A DNA stretch of 64,000 nucleotides. Source: an uncultured Actinomycetota bacterium. Lineage in GTDB: Bacteria > Actinomycetota > UBA4738 > HRBIN12. The DNA lies in assembly GCA_963784055.1 (NCBI GenBank), contig CAWAPY010000019.1, positions 195,866 through 259,865 of the forward strand. The letters are read 5' to 3'. This document shows positions 1 through 13,853 of the stretch, one piece after another. Under the pieces are notes generated by a model, which saw only the letters and a program-made list of their open reading frames with translations, had not been told where the DNA came from and searched no databases. Position 1 is the stretch's first letter, and every line of letters starts with the position of its first letter. Position numbers and translations under genes: made by a program.

Positions 1-967
1 GACGTACACGGTTCCGTCGGACGCGACCTCCGGGATGGAGAACTGATCCTCGTCGCACACGGTGCCCGGTGCCGGTCGACTGGAACGTGCAGTCGGCCTG
101 CGACCCCGAGATGATCTTCGGGCTCGTCCAGGAGTGCGCCCCGTCGTCGGACCAGCGCGATCGCGATCGGCGAGCGGTCGTAGGACCCCTGGATCGCGTT
201 CACGAACTTCGTCGCCGTCACGTAGATGCGCCCGTAGTGGGGGGAGTCCGGGTCGTTGTCGACGGCGATGTAGTTCTTGTCCCAGAACACCGCCTTGTTC
301 GCCGGCCCGATGCCCGCGCCGCGGCCCATGAACACCGTGACCGGCTCGGACCAGGTGATCCCGCCGTCGTGGGAGTGGCTCACGGAGACGTCGCCCTGCG
401 ACACGAAGAAGCCGCCCTGCCCGCCGACGTTCTCCAGCTGCGCCATCACCGCGATGTCGTGCTTGCTGTCGAACGCGGGAGCAGGGTCGCCGGCGCCGTT
501 GCCCGAGCGCATCGGGATCTGCCCGTCCACCCAGGTCTCGCCCCCGTCGAACGAGGTGAAGAACCCGGTCGGGACCAGCGCCTGGCGGGCGCCGGTCGAG
601 TTGTTGAACCGGTAGTAGTAGTCGTTGGACCCGGCCAGGAGGTGATCGGGGTCCTCCGGGTCGACGGCGATCGCGAGCTCGTTGTCCGGCGCGAAGTCCT
701 GCCCGAACCTGGTCGTGTTGCAGCTCAGGTCGAGCCACGTGTCCGGGTCGCCCGGTCCGTTCTCGCAGCGGAAGTTCTCCACCTGCGCCTTCGAGAACTG
801 CCCGCCGCTCGTCCCCGGCAAGCCGGAAGAGCGTTCGGTCGCGCGGTACCAGCTTCAGGACGTTCAGGGTGCGTGCTCCGGAACGGCCGGTCGCGACCGA
901 TCGAGGTACCGGCGAAGGCCGCGAGCAGCAGGGCGGCGGCCGACAGGAGGACGAGCGGACGGCGCAT
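1..967 (-). pseudogene. Exported BNR/Asp-box (sialidase-fold) protein, N-terminal part. The gene runs off the window at 1 and is disrupted by several frame changes
   Basis: ATG at 967 is followed by signal peptide MRRPLVLLSAAALLLAAFAG. Three Asp-box motifs (SFDGGETW, SHDGGITW, SDDGAHSW) and DPEDPDHLLAGSNDYYY are readable on the minus strand, but in different frames. Confidence 0.6.
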
Positions 968-1043
968 GCGGGGGCTCCTTCCGATCCGGGGAAGTCGAGC
1001 CTACTCCCACCGCGAGGAGGACCGCAAAACTGGACCCTCCACG

Positions 1044-1080
1044 CGGAGGGCCGGCGCGCCTCCGGCGCGCCGGCCCTCCG
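1044..1080 (-). terminator. Hairpin terminator downstream of groEL
   Basis: Perfect 17-bp inverted repeat cggagggccggcgcgcc / ggcgcgccggccctccg with a 3-nt loop, about 25 nt past the groEL stop. Confidence 0.7.
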
Positions 1081-1105
1081 AACCTGCGTGGTGCGGTGAG
1101 CTGCC

Positions 1106-4733
<3,628 letters not shown>

Positions 4734-4762
4734 TCCGCGGCGGGCGGACCGTCGCTCGGCCG

Positions 4763-6725
4763 TCACTCGTCGGCGGGGGCGCTCTCCGACATCTCGCGGA
4801 TCTGCTCCACGACCTCCGCGTTCGCCAGGGTCGTCACGTCGCCGAGGGTCCGCCCGTGCGCCACGTCGCGGAGCAGGCGCCGCATGATCTTGCCCGACCG
4901 CGTCTTCGGAAGATCCGCGGTGAAGATGATCCCGTGGGGCCGCGCGATCTTGCCGATCTTGTCGGCGACGTGCTCGCGCAGCTCCTTCGCCATCGCGTCG
5001 TCGCCCTCGTAGCCGGTCTTCAGCGTCACGAAGGCGACGATCGCCTCGCCGACGAGGTCGTCCGGCCGCGAGACGACCGCGGCCTCGGCGACCTTGTCGT
5101 CGTCGACCAGCGCCGACTCGATCTCGAACGTGGACAGCCGGTGCCCGGCGACGTTCATGACGTCGTCGATCCGGCCGAGGAGCCAGAAGTACCCGTCCTC
5201 GTCACGCTTGGCACCGTCGCCGGCGACGTAGATCTCCGGCCCGTACTTCGAGAAGTAGGTCTCGACGTACCGATCCGGATCCCCCCAGATCGTCCGCGAG
5301 ATCGCGGGCCATGGTCGGGTGAGGACGAGGTAGCCCGCCCCCGCCGAGGGGCACGGTGGCACCTTGCTCGTCGACGACTTCGGCTCGGATCCCCGGGAAC
5401 GGGATCGTCGCGGAGCCGGGCTTGAGGTCCGTGAGCCCGGGCAGCGGAGTGATGAGGATGGCGCCGGTCTCGGTCTGCCACCACGTGTCCACGACCGGCG
5501 CACGCTCCCCGCCGATCACCTTCCAGTACCAGACCCAGGCCTCGGGGTTGATCGGCTCGCCCACCGATCCGAGGAGCCGGAGGGTGGAGAGGTCGTGCTT
5601 CTCGGGATAGTCCGTCCCCCATCGCATGAAGGCGCGGATCGCGGTCGGCGCTGTGTACAGGATGGTGGCCCCGTACGTCTCCACGATCGACCACCAACGA
5701 TCCTTGTCCGGCCAGTCCGGGGCTCCCTCGTACATGATCCCGGTCGTGTGGTTCGCGAGTGGCCCGTACACGATGTAGGAGTGCCCGGTGACCCAGCCGC
5801 AGTCGGCCGCGCACCAGAACACGTCGTCGTCCTTGATGTCGAAGATCATCCGGTGCGTCGCCGCGACCTGGGTCAGGTACCCGCCGGTCGTGTGCGTGAT
5901 CCCCTTCGGCTTCCCGGTGGTGCCGCTGGTGTAGAGGAGATACAGGATGTCCTCCGCGTCCATCTCCTCGGGCACGCACTCCGTCGACTGCTCCCCGACC
6001 AGGTCGTGGTACCAGATGTCCCTGCCCGGCGAGAACGCGTGCTCGTTCTCGCACCGTCGGAGCGTGATCACATGCTCGATGCTGGGACAGTCCGCGACCG
6101 CTTCGTCCGCGTTCGCCTTCAGCGGGACGACCTGTCCGCGACGCCAGGCGCCGTCGGCGGTGATGAGCACCTTGGCCTCCGCATCGTTGATCCGGTCGCG
6201 GAGTGAGTCCGCGCTGAACCCGCCGAACACGACCGAGTGCGGGGCGCCGATGCGCGCGCACGCGAGCATCGCGATGGGCAGCTCGGGCACCATCCCGAGG
6301 TAGATGTTCACCCGGTCGCCCTTGCGCACGCCGAGGGAACGCAGTCCGTTGGCGAGCCGACAGACCTCGTCCAGGAGCTCGCGATAGGTGAGCGTCCGCG
6401 TATCTCCCGGCTCCCCCTCCCAGTGGAAGGCGACCTTCTCGCCGCCACCGGAGGCGACGTGTCGATCGAGGCAGTTCACGGACGCGTTCAGGGCTCCCCC
6501 CACGAACCACTTCACGAACGGGGGCGTCCACTCCATCACGGTGTCCCAGGGACGGCTCCACTCCAGCCGGCCTGCCTGCTCCGCCCAGAACGCCTCGGGG
6601 TCCTCGGCGGCACGCTCGTAGATCGCCGGATCGCTCACGACGGCCCCCTCGGCGAAGCCCGAGGGGGGCGGGAAGACCCGTTTCTCCTGGAGGAGCGCGT
6701 CGATGTGCGGCTGCGCGTCGGTCAC
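4763..6725 (-). pseudogene. acs: Acetyl-CoA synthetase (AMP-forming), one frame change near 5333-5348
   Basis: N-terminal 5202..6779 frame: [19 protein letters not shown]-terminal 4763..5503 frame: [22 protein letters not shown]...[15 protein letters not shown]. The junction lies in the G-run ggcgggggcggg. Likely GTG start at 6725 with GGGAGGG upstream (alternative start 6779). Confidence 0.9.
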
Positions 6726-6887
6726 CCTGATCCCTCCCTGCTCGGCTCGTGCTCCCTCGTGAGGGCGTGGACGGTCCATCGTACGGGAGGCCCCGGGGTG
6801 ACGTGTGAGGGCCTGGGTGCTTGCATAGGTGGGAGGACAGAGCCACCATCGTGCTCAGAGCCGCCCATCGAGGCGGCTCGGAGCGTG

Positions 6888-7073
6888 ATGGGGGAAGGGA
6901 GGCACGGAGTGGCTCAGTACGAGGCGTATTGCGTGAAGTGCAAGGCGAAGCGCACGTTCGAGGGGACGGTCGTCACCCTCAAGAACGGGCGCAACGCCGC
7001 TTCAGGGACGTGTCCCGTCTGTGGGACCAAGGTCATGCGGATCCTCGGCAAGGCGGACGTGGCCGCGTCCTAG
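6888..7073 (+). CDS. Small zinc-ribbon protein (DUF5679-like)
   Basis: 61 aa: MGEGRHGVAQYEAYCVKCKAKRTFEGTVVTLKNGRNAASGTCPVCGTKVMRILGK. Two CxxC pairs. An alternative GTG start lies 7 codons in, with GGGAGG upstream. Confidence 0.65.
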   Translation: MGEGRHGVAQYEAYCVKCKAKRTFEGTVVTLKNGRNAASGTCPVCGTKVMRILGKADVAAS

Positions 7074-7540
7074 GGACGAGACAGGAGCTGCTCGGGGCTG
7101 ACCAAGACGAGCCCCGGGGACATCGAACGGTGGCGGGCCGCGAGGTCCGCCACCGTCGTCTCTGCGAACACCGCCTGCACGGCCCTGGCGACATCAGCCC
7201 AGAAGCCTTGCAGCCCACACTGTGAGTCCTGGAAGCACGTGTGATCCGACGGCTCCAGGCAGAACATCGGGAAGATCTGCCCTTCGATCGCATCGGCGAT
7301 CTCGGCCACGGTGACCTCGTCGGGCGACCGTGCCAGCCGGCATCCCCCGCCGCCGCCTCGGAAGCTCTCGACGAGCCCCGCCTTGGACAGCGCTCCCAGC
7401 TGCTGCTCGAGGAACCGGAGCGGGATCTGCTGCCGAGCCGCGATCTCGCGCGCCGGCACGAGCACACCCGCATGGCTGGCATCGGCGAGCTCGATCATCG
7501 CGCGCATCGCGTATTCGAGCTTCTGGGAGACCTTCAGCAC
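7070..7540 (-). CDS. Rrf2 family transcriptional regulator with a Cys triad
   Basis: 156 aa: MLKVSQKLEYAMRAMIELA...IPLRFLEQQLGALSKAGLVESFRGGGGGCRLAR, then CLEPSDHTCFQDSQC (C-X7-C-X5-C). Confidence 0.85.
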   Translation of the reverse strand: MLKVSQKLEYAMRAMIELADASHAGVLVPAREIAARQQIPLRFLEQQLGALSKAGLVESFRGGGGGCRLARSPDEVTVAEIADAIEGQIFPMFCLEPSDHTCFQDSQCGLQGFWADVARAVQAVFAETTVADLAARHRSMSPGLVLVSPEQLLSRP

Positions 7541-7729
7541 GGGAGCACGTCCTTCCCTTTGGCTGGACTCTTCGGTCGCCTTCGAGCGTAGGAGGGCCTT
7601 CGGGTCCCGTCAACGCCGCCTCCACCTCGGAACCCCGGATTCCGGGTATCCAGCTGACCGGTCCTCCGTTCCGATGATTCGACTGATGTAGGTTCCACGG
7701 GGCTCCCCCGGAAGGAGGACACGGTTCAG

Positions 7730-8107
7730 ATGGGTCGAGTGCTGGTCGTCGACGATGAGCCTGACGTCTTGCTGCTCTGCCGCTTGAACCTGCAGCAGCG
7801 GGGGCACGAGCTGCTGGAAGCCGCGGACGGGAGCACCGCCCTGGAGATCGCCCGTGATCTGCACCCGGACGTGATCGTGCTCGACCTGATGCTGCCGGGG
7901 ATCTCCGGCTACGACGTCCTGGAAGCGCTGCAGCGCGACACGGAGACCACCAACATCCCCGTCCTCGTCCTCACGGCGAAGTCCCTCCGAGCCGATCGAG
8001 AGCGGTCGCACGGCCTGGGGGCGTCCGCATTCCTCACGAAGCCCTTCCTGCCGAACGAGCTCTGCGAGATGGTGGATTCGCTCGTGGGTCCACGCCAGGG
8101 AGCGTGA
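7730..8107 (+). CDS. Single-domain response regulator (CheY-like receiver only)
   Basis: 125 aa: VLVVDDEPDV...DVIVLDLMLPGISGYDVL...PVLVLTAKS...FLTKPF. GGAAGGAGGA precedes the ATG. Confidence 0.9.
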   Translation: MGRVLVVDDEPDVLLLCRLNLQQRGHELLEAADGSTALEIARDLHPDVIVLDLMLPGISGYDVLEALQRDTETTNIPVLVLTAKSLRADRERSHGLGASAFLTKPFLPNELCEMVDSLVGPRQGA

Positions 8108-8111
8108 CCGC

Positions 8112-8621
8112 TCAGAGCTCTCCCGCTTGGTCCTCTCCGAGGACGACGACGACATCCGCGGCATCGTCGATGACGCCGGAGTCCGCGAGATCGGCCGGCA
8201 GTCGTTGGACCGGGACACTGCCGAGGTACTCGTCCGACAGCAGCTGCGCGTCGGCCTCGTTCTGCGCCTTGTTGTCGTCCGCGCGGAAGTAGACGATCGA
8301 GTCGACGATGGGCTTGTCGGGCGCGTCCCCGGCGTCTCCGGCAGGGAGATACTCGCCGACATCGACCAACATCTCCTGGAAGTCCGCCGCGTACCCGGCC
8401 GTCGACGTTCCGTTGAGGACCTGGACGAGCACGCCCTTCTGGTTCGGGACGATCGAGGCCTGCGGAGACTGACTCGGGGTCGGGGTCCCGGTCGGCGACT
8501 GCGACGTCGACGGCTCCGGCGTGGCCGCGACCCCTTCGTCGTCGAAGCCGTTGGCGAGCACGGCGACCCCTCCGATGACGAGCGCGATGACGATCGCGAG
8601 CCGCGCGATGCCCGGATTCAC
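8112..8621 (-). CDS. LytR_C domain membrane-anchored protein
   Basis: 169 aa: N-terminal TM helix (IARLAIVIALVIGGVAVL), Pro/Thr/Ser linker, then VLVQVLNGTSTAGYAADF...VYFRADD, typical of the LytR C-terminal domain. Confidence 0.75.
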   Translation of the reverse strand: MNPGIARLAIVIALVIGGVAVLANGFDDEGVAATPEPSTSQSPTGTPTPSQSPQASIVPNQKGVLVQVLNGTSTAGYAADFQEMLVDVGEYLPAGDAGDAPDKPIVDSIVYFRADDNKAQNEADAQLLSDEYLGSVPVQRLPADLADSGVIDDAADVVVVLGEDQAGEL

Positions 8622-8685
8622 CCGCGCATCCTACCGTCCACGGCCTGCGGTCCTCGGTGGTCCCGCCCGCGTGCTCCCCGCCGGC

Positions 8686-9006
8686 TCAGACGCGCACCCC
8701 GAGGCCTGAGGCCGTCCGAGACCGGCGGCGCACGGCCCGCACGCGCCGCAAGCGGCGGACCAGCATCGGGTCGTACGCCACGGCCTCCGGACGATCGATG
8801 ATCCGGTGGAGGAGCTGGTGGTATCGAGACGGCGAGAAGCCGAACCGTTCGCGGATCGCGCGCTGCTTGGTCACGGTGAGCTTCCAGGCCTCCCGCTCGA
8901 AATCGAGGACCTGGCGTGATCGTTCGTCGAGCGTCAGGGAGGGATCCGGCGCACGATCAAAGGCGGTCTCCGACCCCGGACGTGCGGAACCGCTCCGATC
9001 TCCCAT
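8686..9006 (-). CDS. DUF3263 domain protein
   Basis: 106 aa: LDERSRQVLDFEREAWKLTVTKQRAIRERFGFSPSRYHQLLHRIIDRPEAVAYDPMLVRRLRR. Sits in the usual actinobacterial pairing with a LytR_C gene. Confidence 0.75.
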   Translation of the reverse strand: MGDRSGSARPGSETAFDRAPDPSLTLDERSRQVLDFEREAWKLTVTKQRAIRERFGFSPSRYHQLLHRIIDRPEAVAYDPMLVRRLRRVRAVRRRSRTASGLGVRV

Positions 9007-9080
9007 AACCCGAGGGTAGCCCGCGGCGTGCAGGGTTCAAGCACCACCGCTCCGGTCCCGACGGTACGGGAGGTGGGAGG

Positions 9081-11292
9081 ATGGGGTGGGAAAGGCTGTG
9101 GTTGATGGCACGAAGGGAAGAGCTCGGCGAGAACCCCGCCCCGTCGGCGGACCTCCGCTTCGTGGCGCAGCTGAACATGCTCCACAGCATGGCGGCCACC
9201 CTGACCAGCCTGGACGACGTCTCCGAGATCGCCGCCGCGATCACGGACGAGCTCCACACGATCCTCGACTACCACAACTGTCGCGTCTACGTGATGCAGG
9301 ACGATGGCTCGACGCTGCTCCCCGTCGCGTTCCGCGGTGAGATCTTCTACGAGTACGAGCACGAGACGCTCGAGGAGCTCATCACGCACGTCGGCGAGGG
9401 CATCACGGGCTGGGTCGCCGAGCATCGCACCTCCCTCCTCACGCCCGACGCGCGGCTCGTGGAGTTCGCCGTCCAGATCCCGGACACCGACGACATCCTC
9501 GAGTCGATGCTCGCCGTGCCGATGACCGTCGGAGACGCGGTGCAGGGCGTCATCGTCCTGTCGAGCCTCGGCTACGGAGCCTTCGACGAGGAGGACCAGC
9601 GGCTCCTCGAGGTGCTCGCCTCGCATGCCGCGATCGCGATCTCGAACGCGAAGCTCCTCCAGGCGGAGCGGACGGCGGCGGAGACGTCGTCGGCCCTGTT
9701 GGGGCTGTCCGAGCAGCTCACCCAGCTGCGCTCCGTTGGCGACATCCTCCAGGGAGCGATCGAGACGGTGTCGTCGCTGATCGGCGAGGCCGCGGTCGCG
9801 TTCCACATCCGCGACGAGCACACCGGCGACTTCCGCCTGGCGCGGCTGCTCACGCTCGATCCCGACTCGATCCGACCCCGGCACGAGATCGGTGACGTCC
9901 CCGAGGCCGTGGCCCTCTCGGTCGTGTTCGAGAACGATGAGCCCCTCGTCCTGCCGCGCACGTCACCGTTGATGCACGGCGACTACCTCATCTCGAAGGA
10001 GCCGCGGGAGGTGCTGGTCGCGCCCATGACGTGGGAGCCGGACGGAGCCGGCACGATCTCCGTCGTCGGGCGAGCCGGGCGACGGGATCTTCGGGGATCG
10101 GGAGCTCCGTCTGATCCGAGGCGTCGCGGACCTGACGTCGCTGGCGCTCGGCAACGCCCGACGGATGTCCGAGCTCGAGCGGTTCCACGAGCTCGTTGCG
10201 GGGTTGGATGCAGCCTTCTGGGAAGCCTCGATCCCGGGTCTGGAGTTCACGTTCGTCGCCGGCGCGGTGCAGGACCTGTTCGGCGGCGACGCGGAGTCCT
10301 GGCCGGGTCAGGACCGCACCTGGGGCTCTCATATCGACGCCCGCGACCGCGACGAAGCCACCAGGGCGATCCTGCGGGCGATCGACAGCGGCGTGGGGGA
10401 GGGACTGGAGTATCGGGTCCCGAGCGATCACGGCTCCCCTCGATGGATCCGAGATCTGGTGCACGTGATCCGCGGGCGCGGGGGAGCCCCCACGATCCTC
10501 CGCGGCCTGATGGTCGACATCACCGAACGCAAGCGTGCGGAGCGGGCGCTGGCCGCCAGCGAGCGGAAGTACTCCGATGCCTTCAAGCGCGAACGGGAAG
10601 CAGCGCAACGCCTCCGGATGCTCGACGACATGAAGAACACGTTCCTGGAGGCGGTCTCCCACGATCTGCGGACCCCGCTGACCTCGATCCTGGGGTCGGC
10701 CCTCACCCTCGAGCGTTCCCAGCTCGACCTCCCCAAGGACGACGCCCTCGACATGGTGGGGAGGATCGCGGCGAACGCGAGGAAGCTGGAACGGCTCTTG
10801 TCCGACCTGCTCGACCTCGATCGACTCCAGCGCGGGATCGTGTCACCGAAGCGCCGGGCCACCGACCTCGAGGACTTCGTCCAGCGAGCCGTGAAGGAGA
10901 TGGATACGCGCGGACGTCGGATCGAGCTCGACCTGCAACCGGGGAGCGTGCAGATCGATCAGGCGAAGACGGAGCGGATCCTCGAGAACCTCCTGTCCAA
11001 CAGCATCCGACACACCCCCGAGGAAGCCAGGATCTGGGTCCGCGCGCGGCCGCACGACGGCGGCGTGCTGTTCGTCGTCGAGGACGACGGCCCCGGCGTG
11101 CCGCCCGAGCTCCGGGAGGCGGTCTTCGAGCCGTTCCGGCAGGCGCCGGGGTCCTCGTCGGTGCACGCTCCGGGCGTCGGCATCGGCCTGTCCCTGGTGC
11201 AGCGCTTCGCAGAGCTCCACGGGGGCAACGCCTGGGCCGAGGAGCGCGAGGGTGGCGGCGCCTCCTTCCACGTGTTCCTGCCCGGATCCTGA
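9081..11292 (+). pseudogene. GAF-GAF-PAS sensor histidine kinase, one frame change near 10075-10090
   Basis: GAF-like N-terminus in frame 9081... Frame 10165..11292 carries PAS, the H-box SHDLRTPLTSI, the N-box ENLLSNSIRHT, and G-boxes VEDDGPGV and GVGIGLSLV. Confidence 0.85.
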
Positions 11293-11330
11293 ACGCGCGG
11301 GACGGGACAACGCGCGCTTCGTTCGACGAG

Positions 11331-11404
11331 AGCCGGCGGTCGGATTCGAACCGACGACCTAGCGATTACAAATCGCTTGCGCTACCGGGCTGCGCCACGC
11401 CGGC
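11331..11404 (-). tRNA. tRNA-Thr (anticodon UGU)
   Basis: Hand-folded cloverleaf: acceptor GCCGGCG/CGCCGGC, D-arm GCGC/GCGC, anticodon stem AGCGA/TCGCT with loop TTTGTAA, T-arm GTCGG-TTCGAAT-CCGAC, discriminator T. 74 nt, no encoded CCA. Confidence 0.9.
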
Positions 11405-11416
11405 CGGAACCCGAGT

Positions 11417-11881
11417 CTACCGGGGGATCTCCCGCGGCTTGAACAGGAATCCGTACGTCAGCAGGGCGTAGATCACGAACGCGTCCAGCGCGAACGTGAG
11501 GAGACCGGCGCTTCCGGTTCTCCGAACCTGCGCGAGCCCACCGACGATCCCGAGCACCGCGAGCACGATCCCGAGGACCCGCCCCGCAGGGCGGAGTCGG
11601 AGGATCAACCACCCGGCGCACAGGGAGAGGATCCCCTGCACCACCAGCACCAGCGCGACGAAACGCGCGGCGGCTTCCCCATCGAGGAACGGCGCGTCGA
11701 TATCGACGCCGTCGCCCGTCAGGCCCATCAGGCCGAAGATCGAGACGAGCGCCCCCGCGATCATCAGGATCGCCGCCGCGCCCGTGACCGCCGCCGGGCG
11801 TGACGTCGGCGGAGCCGCCGGACGCGGGGTCGGCACGCCGGGAATCGGTCCGGGCGAAGGCGGCGGTGGGATGTCGTCCAT
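11417..11881 (-). CDS. Membrane protein with Pro-rich N-terminus (unknown function)
   Basis: MDDIPPPPSPGPIPGVPTPRPAAPP followed by four hydrophobic segments (AAAILMIAGALVSIFGLMGL, FVALVLVVQGILSLCAGWLIL, VLGIVLAVLGIVGGLA, LLTFALDAFVIYALL). Confidence 0.55.
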   Translation of the reverse strand: MDDIPPPPSPGPIPGVPTPRPAAPPTSRPAAVTGAAAILMIAGALVSIFGLMGLTGDGVDIDAPFLDGEAAARFVALVLVVQGILSLCAGWLILRLRPAGRVLGIVLAVLGIVGGLAQVRRTGSAGLLTFALDAFVIYALLTYGFLFKPREIPR

Positions 11882-11913
11882 CGGGGATCCCGCGCGAGGC
11901 GGCTGGCGCGAGC

Positions 11914-12678
11914 CTAGCCAGGGGAGGGTGGGGAGGCAACGACATCGCGCGGGAGGACGAAGCCGTAGAGGGCTGCTGCGAGGGCCGCGGAGGCGTTCAG
12001 CGACCCCACGCGACCCATCACGGGAAGCGCCACCAACAGATCGCACCGCTCGCGCACCAGCCGTGACATGCCTTCGCCCTCCGAGCCGACCACGACCGCG
12101 ACCCGGCCCGTCGGACACTCCTCATCGAAGATCGAGGAGGAGGCGCCGCCATCCAGTCCGATCACCGAGAACCCCGCCTCCTGCAGGCGCGCGAGGGCTC
12201 GGGCGATGTTGGCGACGACGGCGTGCGGGAGGTGCTCCAGGGCACCCGCCGATGCTCGGATCGCCGCCGGGGTGACGCCGGCCGCGCGGCGGCTGCGGGT
12301 CACCAGCGCAGCGGCGCCCGCCGCCTCGGCCGTCCGCGCCGCGGCGCCCAAGTTCTGGGGATCCGTGATGCCGTCCAGGACGATGACGAGCGCGTTCGGC
12401 GCGAACGGAAGGGTGGCGAGGTCACGCTCCCCCAGTTGCCGGAGGCCGGCGCGGCCGCCCACCGTCCGCGCGACGACGCCGCGATGATCGCCGGCCATGG
12501 CATCCAGCGCTCGCCGATCGGTCGCGCGGACGGGCACCTTGGCCGCGCGAGCAGCCTCACGGACGGCCCGGAGGCCCTGGGTGTCGCGCGCTCCCGCGGC
12601 GACGAGCACCTCACGGACCTGTCCCGCTCGGAGGGCCTCGACGACGGCCCGGCGACCCGTGACGAGCTCGTCGCTCAC
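11914..12678 (-). CDS. rlmB: TrmH/SpoU family rRNA 2'-O-methyltransferase (RlmB-like)
   Basis: GTG start overlaps the ispF stop (GTGA). LVIVLDGITDPQNLGAAARTAEAAGA...VVVGSEGEGMSRLVRERCD...IPMxG-like VALPVMGRVGSLNASAA. Confidence 0.85.
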   Translation of the reverse strand: MSDELVTGRRAVVEALRAGQVREVLVAAGARDTQGLRAVREAARAAKVPVRATDRRALDAMAGDHRGVVARTVGGRAGLRQLGERDLATLPFAPNALVIVLDGITDPQNLGAAARTAEAAGAAALVTRSRRAAGVTPAAIRASAGALEHLPHAVVANIARALARLQEAGFSVIGLDGGASSSIFDEECPTGRVAVVVGSEGEGMSRLVRERCDLLVALPVMGRVGSLNASAALAAALYGFVLPRDVVASPPSPG

Positions 12679-13145
12679 GCCACCACCGCGAGCGCCAGGC
12701 ACCCGACGCCCTCGCCGGTGAGGCCGAGTCCCTCCGGACGTGTGGCCTTCACGGATACCCGGTCGACCGGGAGACCGGCGATCCGAGCGAGGCGCTCGCG
12801 CATCTCGAGGCGTCGCGACGCGATCGAAGGCCGGTGGCAGACGATCGTCACGTCGACCGAGACCGGAGACCGGTGGCCCTCGGCGAGGAGGCCCAGCGTA
12901 CGGCCCAGCAGCTCCTCGCCCGAGATGCCTGCGGTCGCCGGATCGGTGTCCGGGAAGTGCTCGCCCACGTCGCCGAGCGCCACGGCGCCGAGGAGCGCAT
13001 CGGCGATCGCGTGGCAGACCACGTCGCCGTCGGAGTGGCCGGCGAGCCCGGGTTCGCCTTCGAACAGGAGCCCCCCGAGCCACAGCGGACGGCCGGGGGC
13101 GAACGCATGGACGTCGAAGCCCAGTCCGACGGCCGGATCAGCCAC
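12675..13145 (-). CDS. ispF: 2-C-methyl-D-erythritol 2,4-cyclodiphosphate synthase
   Basis: 156 aa: GLGFDVHAF...GHSDGDVVCHAIADALLGA...GEHFPDTDP. Confidence 0.95.
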   Translation of the reverse strand: MADPAVGLGFDVHAFAPGRPLWLGGLLFEGEPGLAGHSDGDVVCHAIADALLGAVALGDVGEHFPDTDPATAGISGEELLGRTLGLLAEGHRSPVSVDVTIVCHRPSIASRRLEMRERLARIAGLPVDRVSVKATRPEGLGLTGEGVGCLALAVVA

Positions 13146-13827
13146 CGGCGGCGCCCATCCGTCGGTCGGCGAGTGCGAGGTCGGCCAGGGTGGTGATCTT
13201 CACGTTGTCAGGGTCGCCGGGCACGGCGAGCACCTCGTACCCGGCCCACCGGAGCATCGACGCGTCGTCGGTGAACGAGGCGCCGACGGCCTCCGCCTTC
13301 GCGTGTGCCTCCCGAAGAGCGGCGGTCCGGAACGCCTGCGGGGTCTGGCCGAGCGCCAGCTCCTCACGGGGTTCGCCGCCCTCCACCACCTCTCCGCGAA
13401 CCCGGAGCACCGTATCGGCGACCGGGAGGACGGGAACCGCGCCGTCGGGACCTCGCTCCACGGCGCCGAGGACCCGCAGGAAGAGGTCCGGGGAGGCGAA
13501 CGGTCGGGCGGCGTCATGGACGGCCACGATGGCCACGGATGCGGGCACGGCTCCGAGAGCAGCCCGGACCGAGGCCTGTCGCGTCTGGCCTCCCTCGACG
13601 AACCGCACGTCGACCTCGAGGTCCTCCAGGCAGGCCCGCGCACGTCCTTCCCAGCCCGGAGGGAACGTCACCACGAGCCCGCCCACCCCGGAGGCCGCGG
13701 CGGCTGCGGCGGCCACCGCGAGGACGGGTCGGCCGCCGATCGAGAGGAGCGCCTTCGGTTCCTGGCCGCCGAGTCGGTGACCGGCGCCGGCGGCCAGCAT
13801 GATCACGATCGCCGCATCGGGCTCCAC
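13138..13827 (-). CDS. ispD: 2-C-methyl-D-erythritol 4-phosphate cytidylyltransferase
   Basis: 229 aa: IMLAAGAGHRLG...VHDAARPF...GQTPQAF. Overlaps the ispF start by 8 nt. Confidence 0.92.
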   Translation of the reverse strand: MEPDAAIVIMLAAGAGHRLGGQEPKALLSIGGRPVLAVAAAAAAASGVGGLVVTFPPGWEGRARACLEDLEVDVRFVEGGQTRQASVRAALGAVPASVAIVAVHDAARPFASPDLFLRVLGAVERGPDGAVPVLPVADTVLRVRGEVVEGGEPREELALGQTPQAFRTAALREAHAKAEAVGASFTDDASMLRWAGYEVLAVPGDPDNVKITTLADLALADRRMGAAGG

Positions 13828-13853
13828 GCTCGCAGCATCGCAGACCGAGACGG

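Noticed and set aside
7632-7660. Shared motif cccggattccgg(gt)atc(c)agctg, seen here and at 19538-19566 upstream of the ECF sigma, as a possible common operator
   Set aside because: The exact match is only 12 nt. Repeated 12-mers are expected by chance in 64 kb of biased composition. A third partial copy lies inside a coding region (~3370). This is not enough to call a regulon.
11331-11404. tRNA-Thr as an integration site for a genomic island
   Set aside because: On reading the flanks I saw no integrase gene, no direct repeat of the tRNA 3' end and no compositional shift. The neighbours are an ordinary histidine kinase and a membrane protein.
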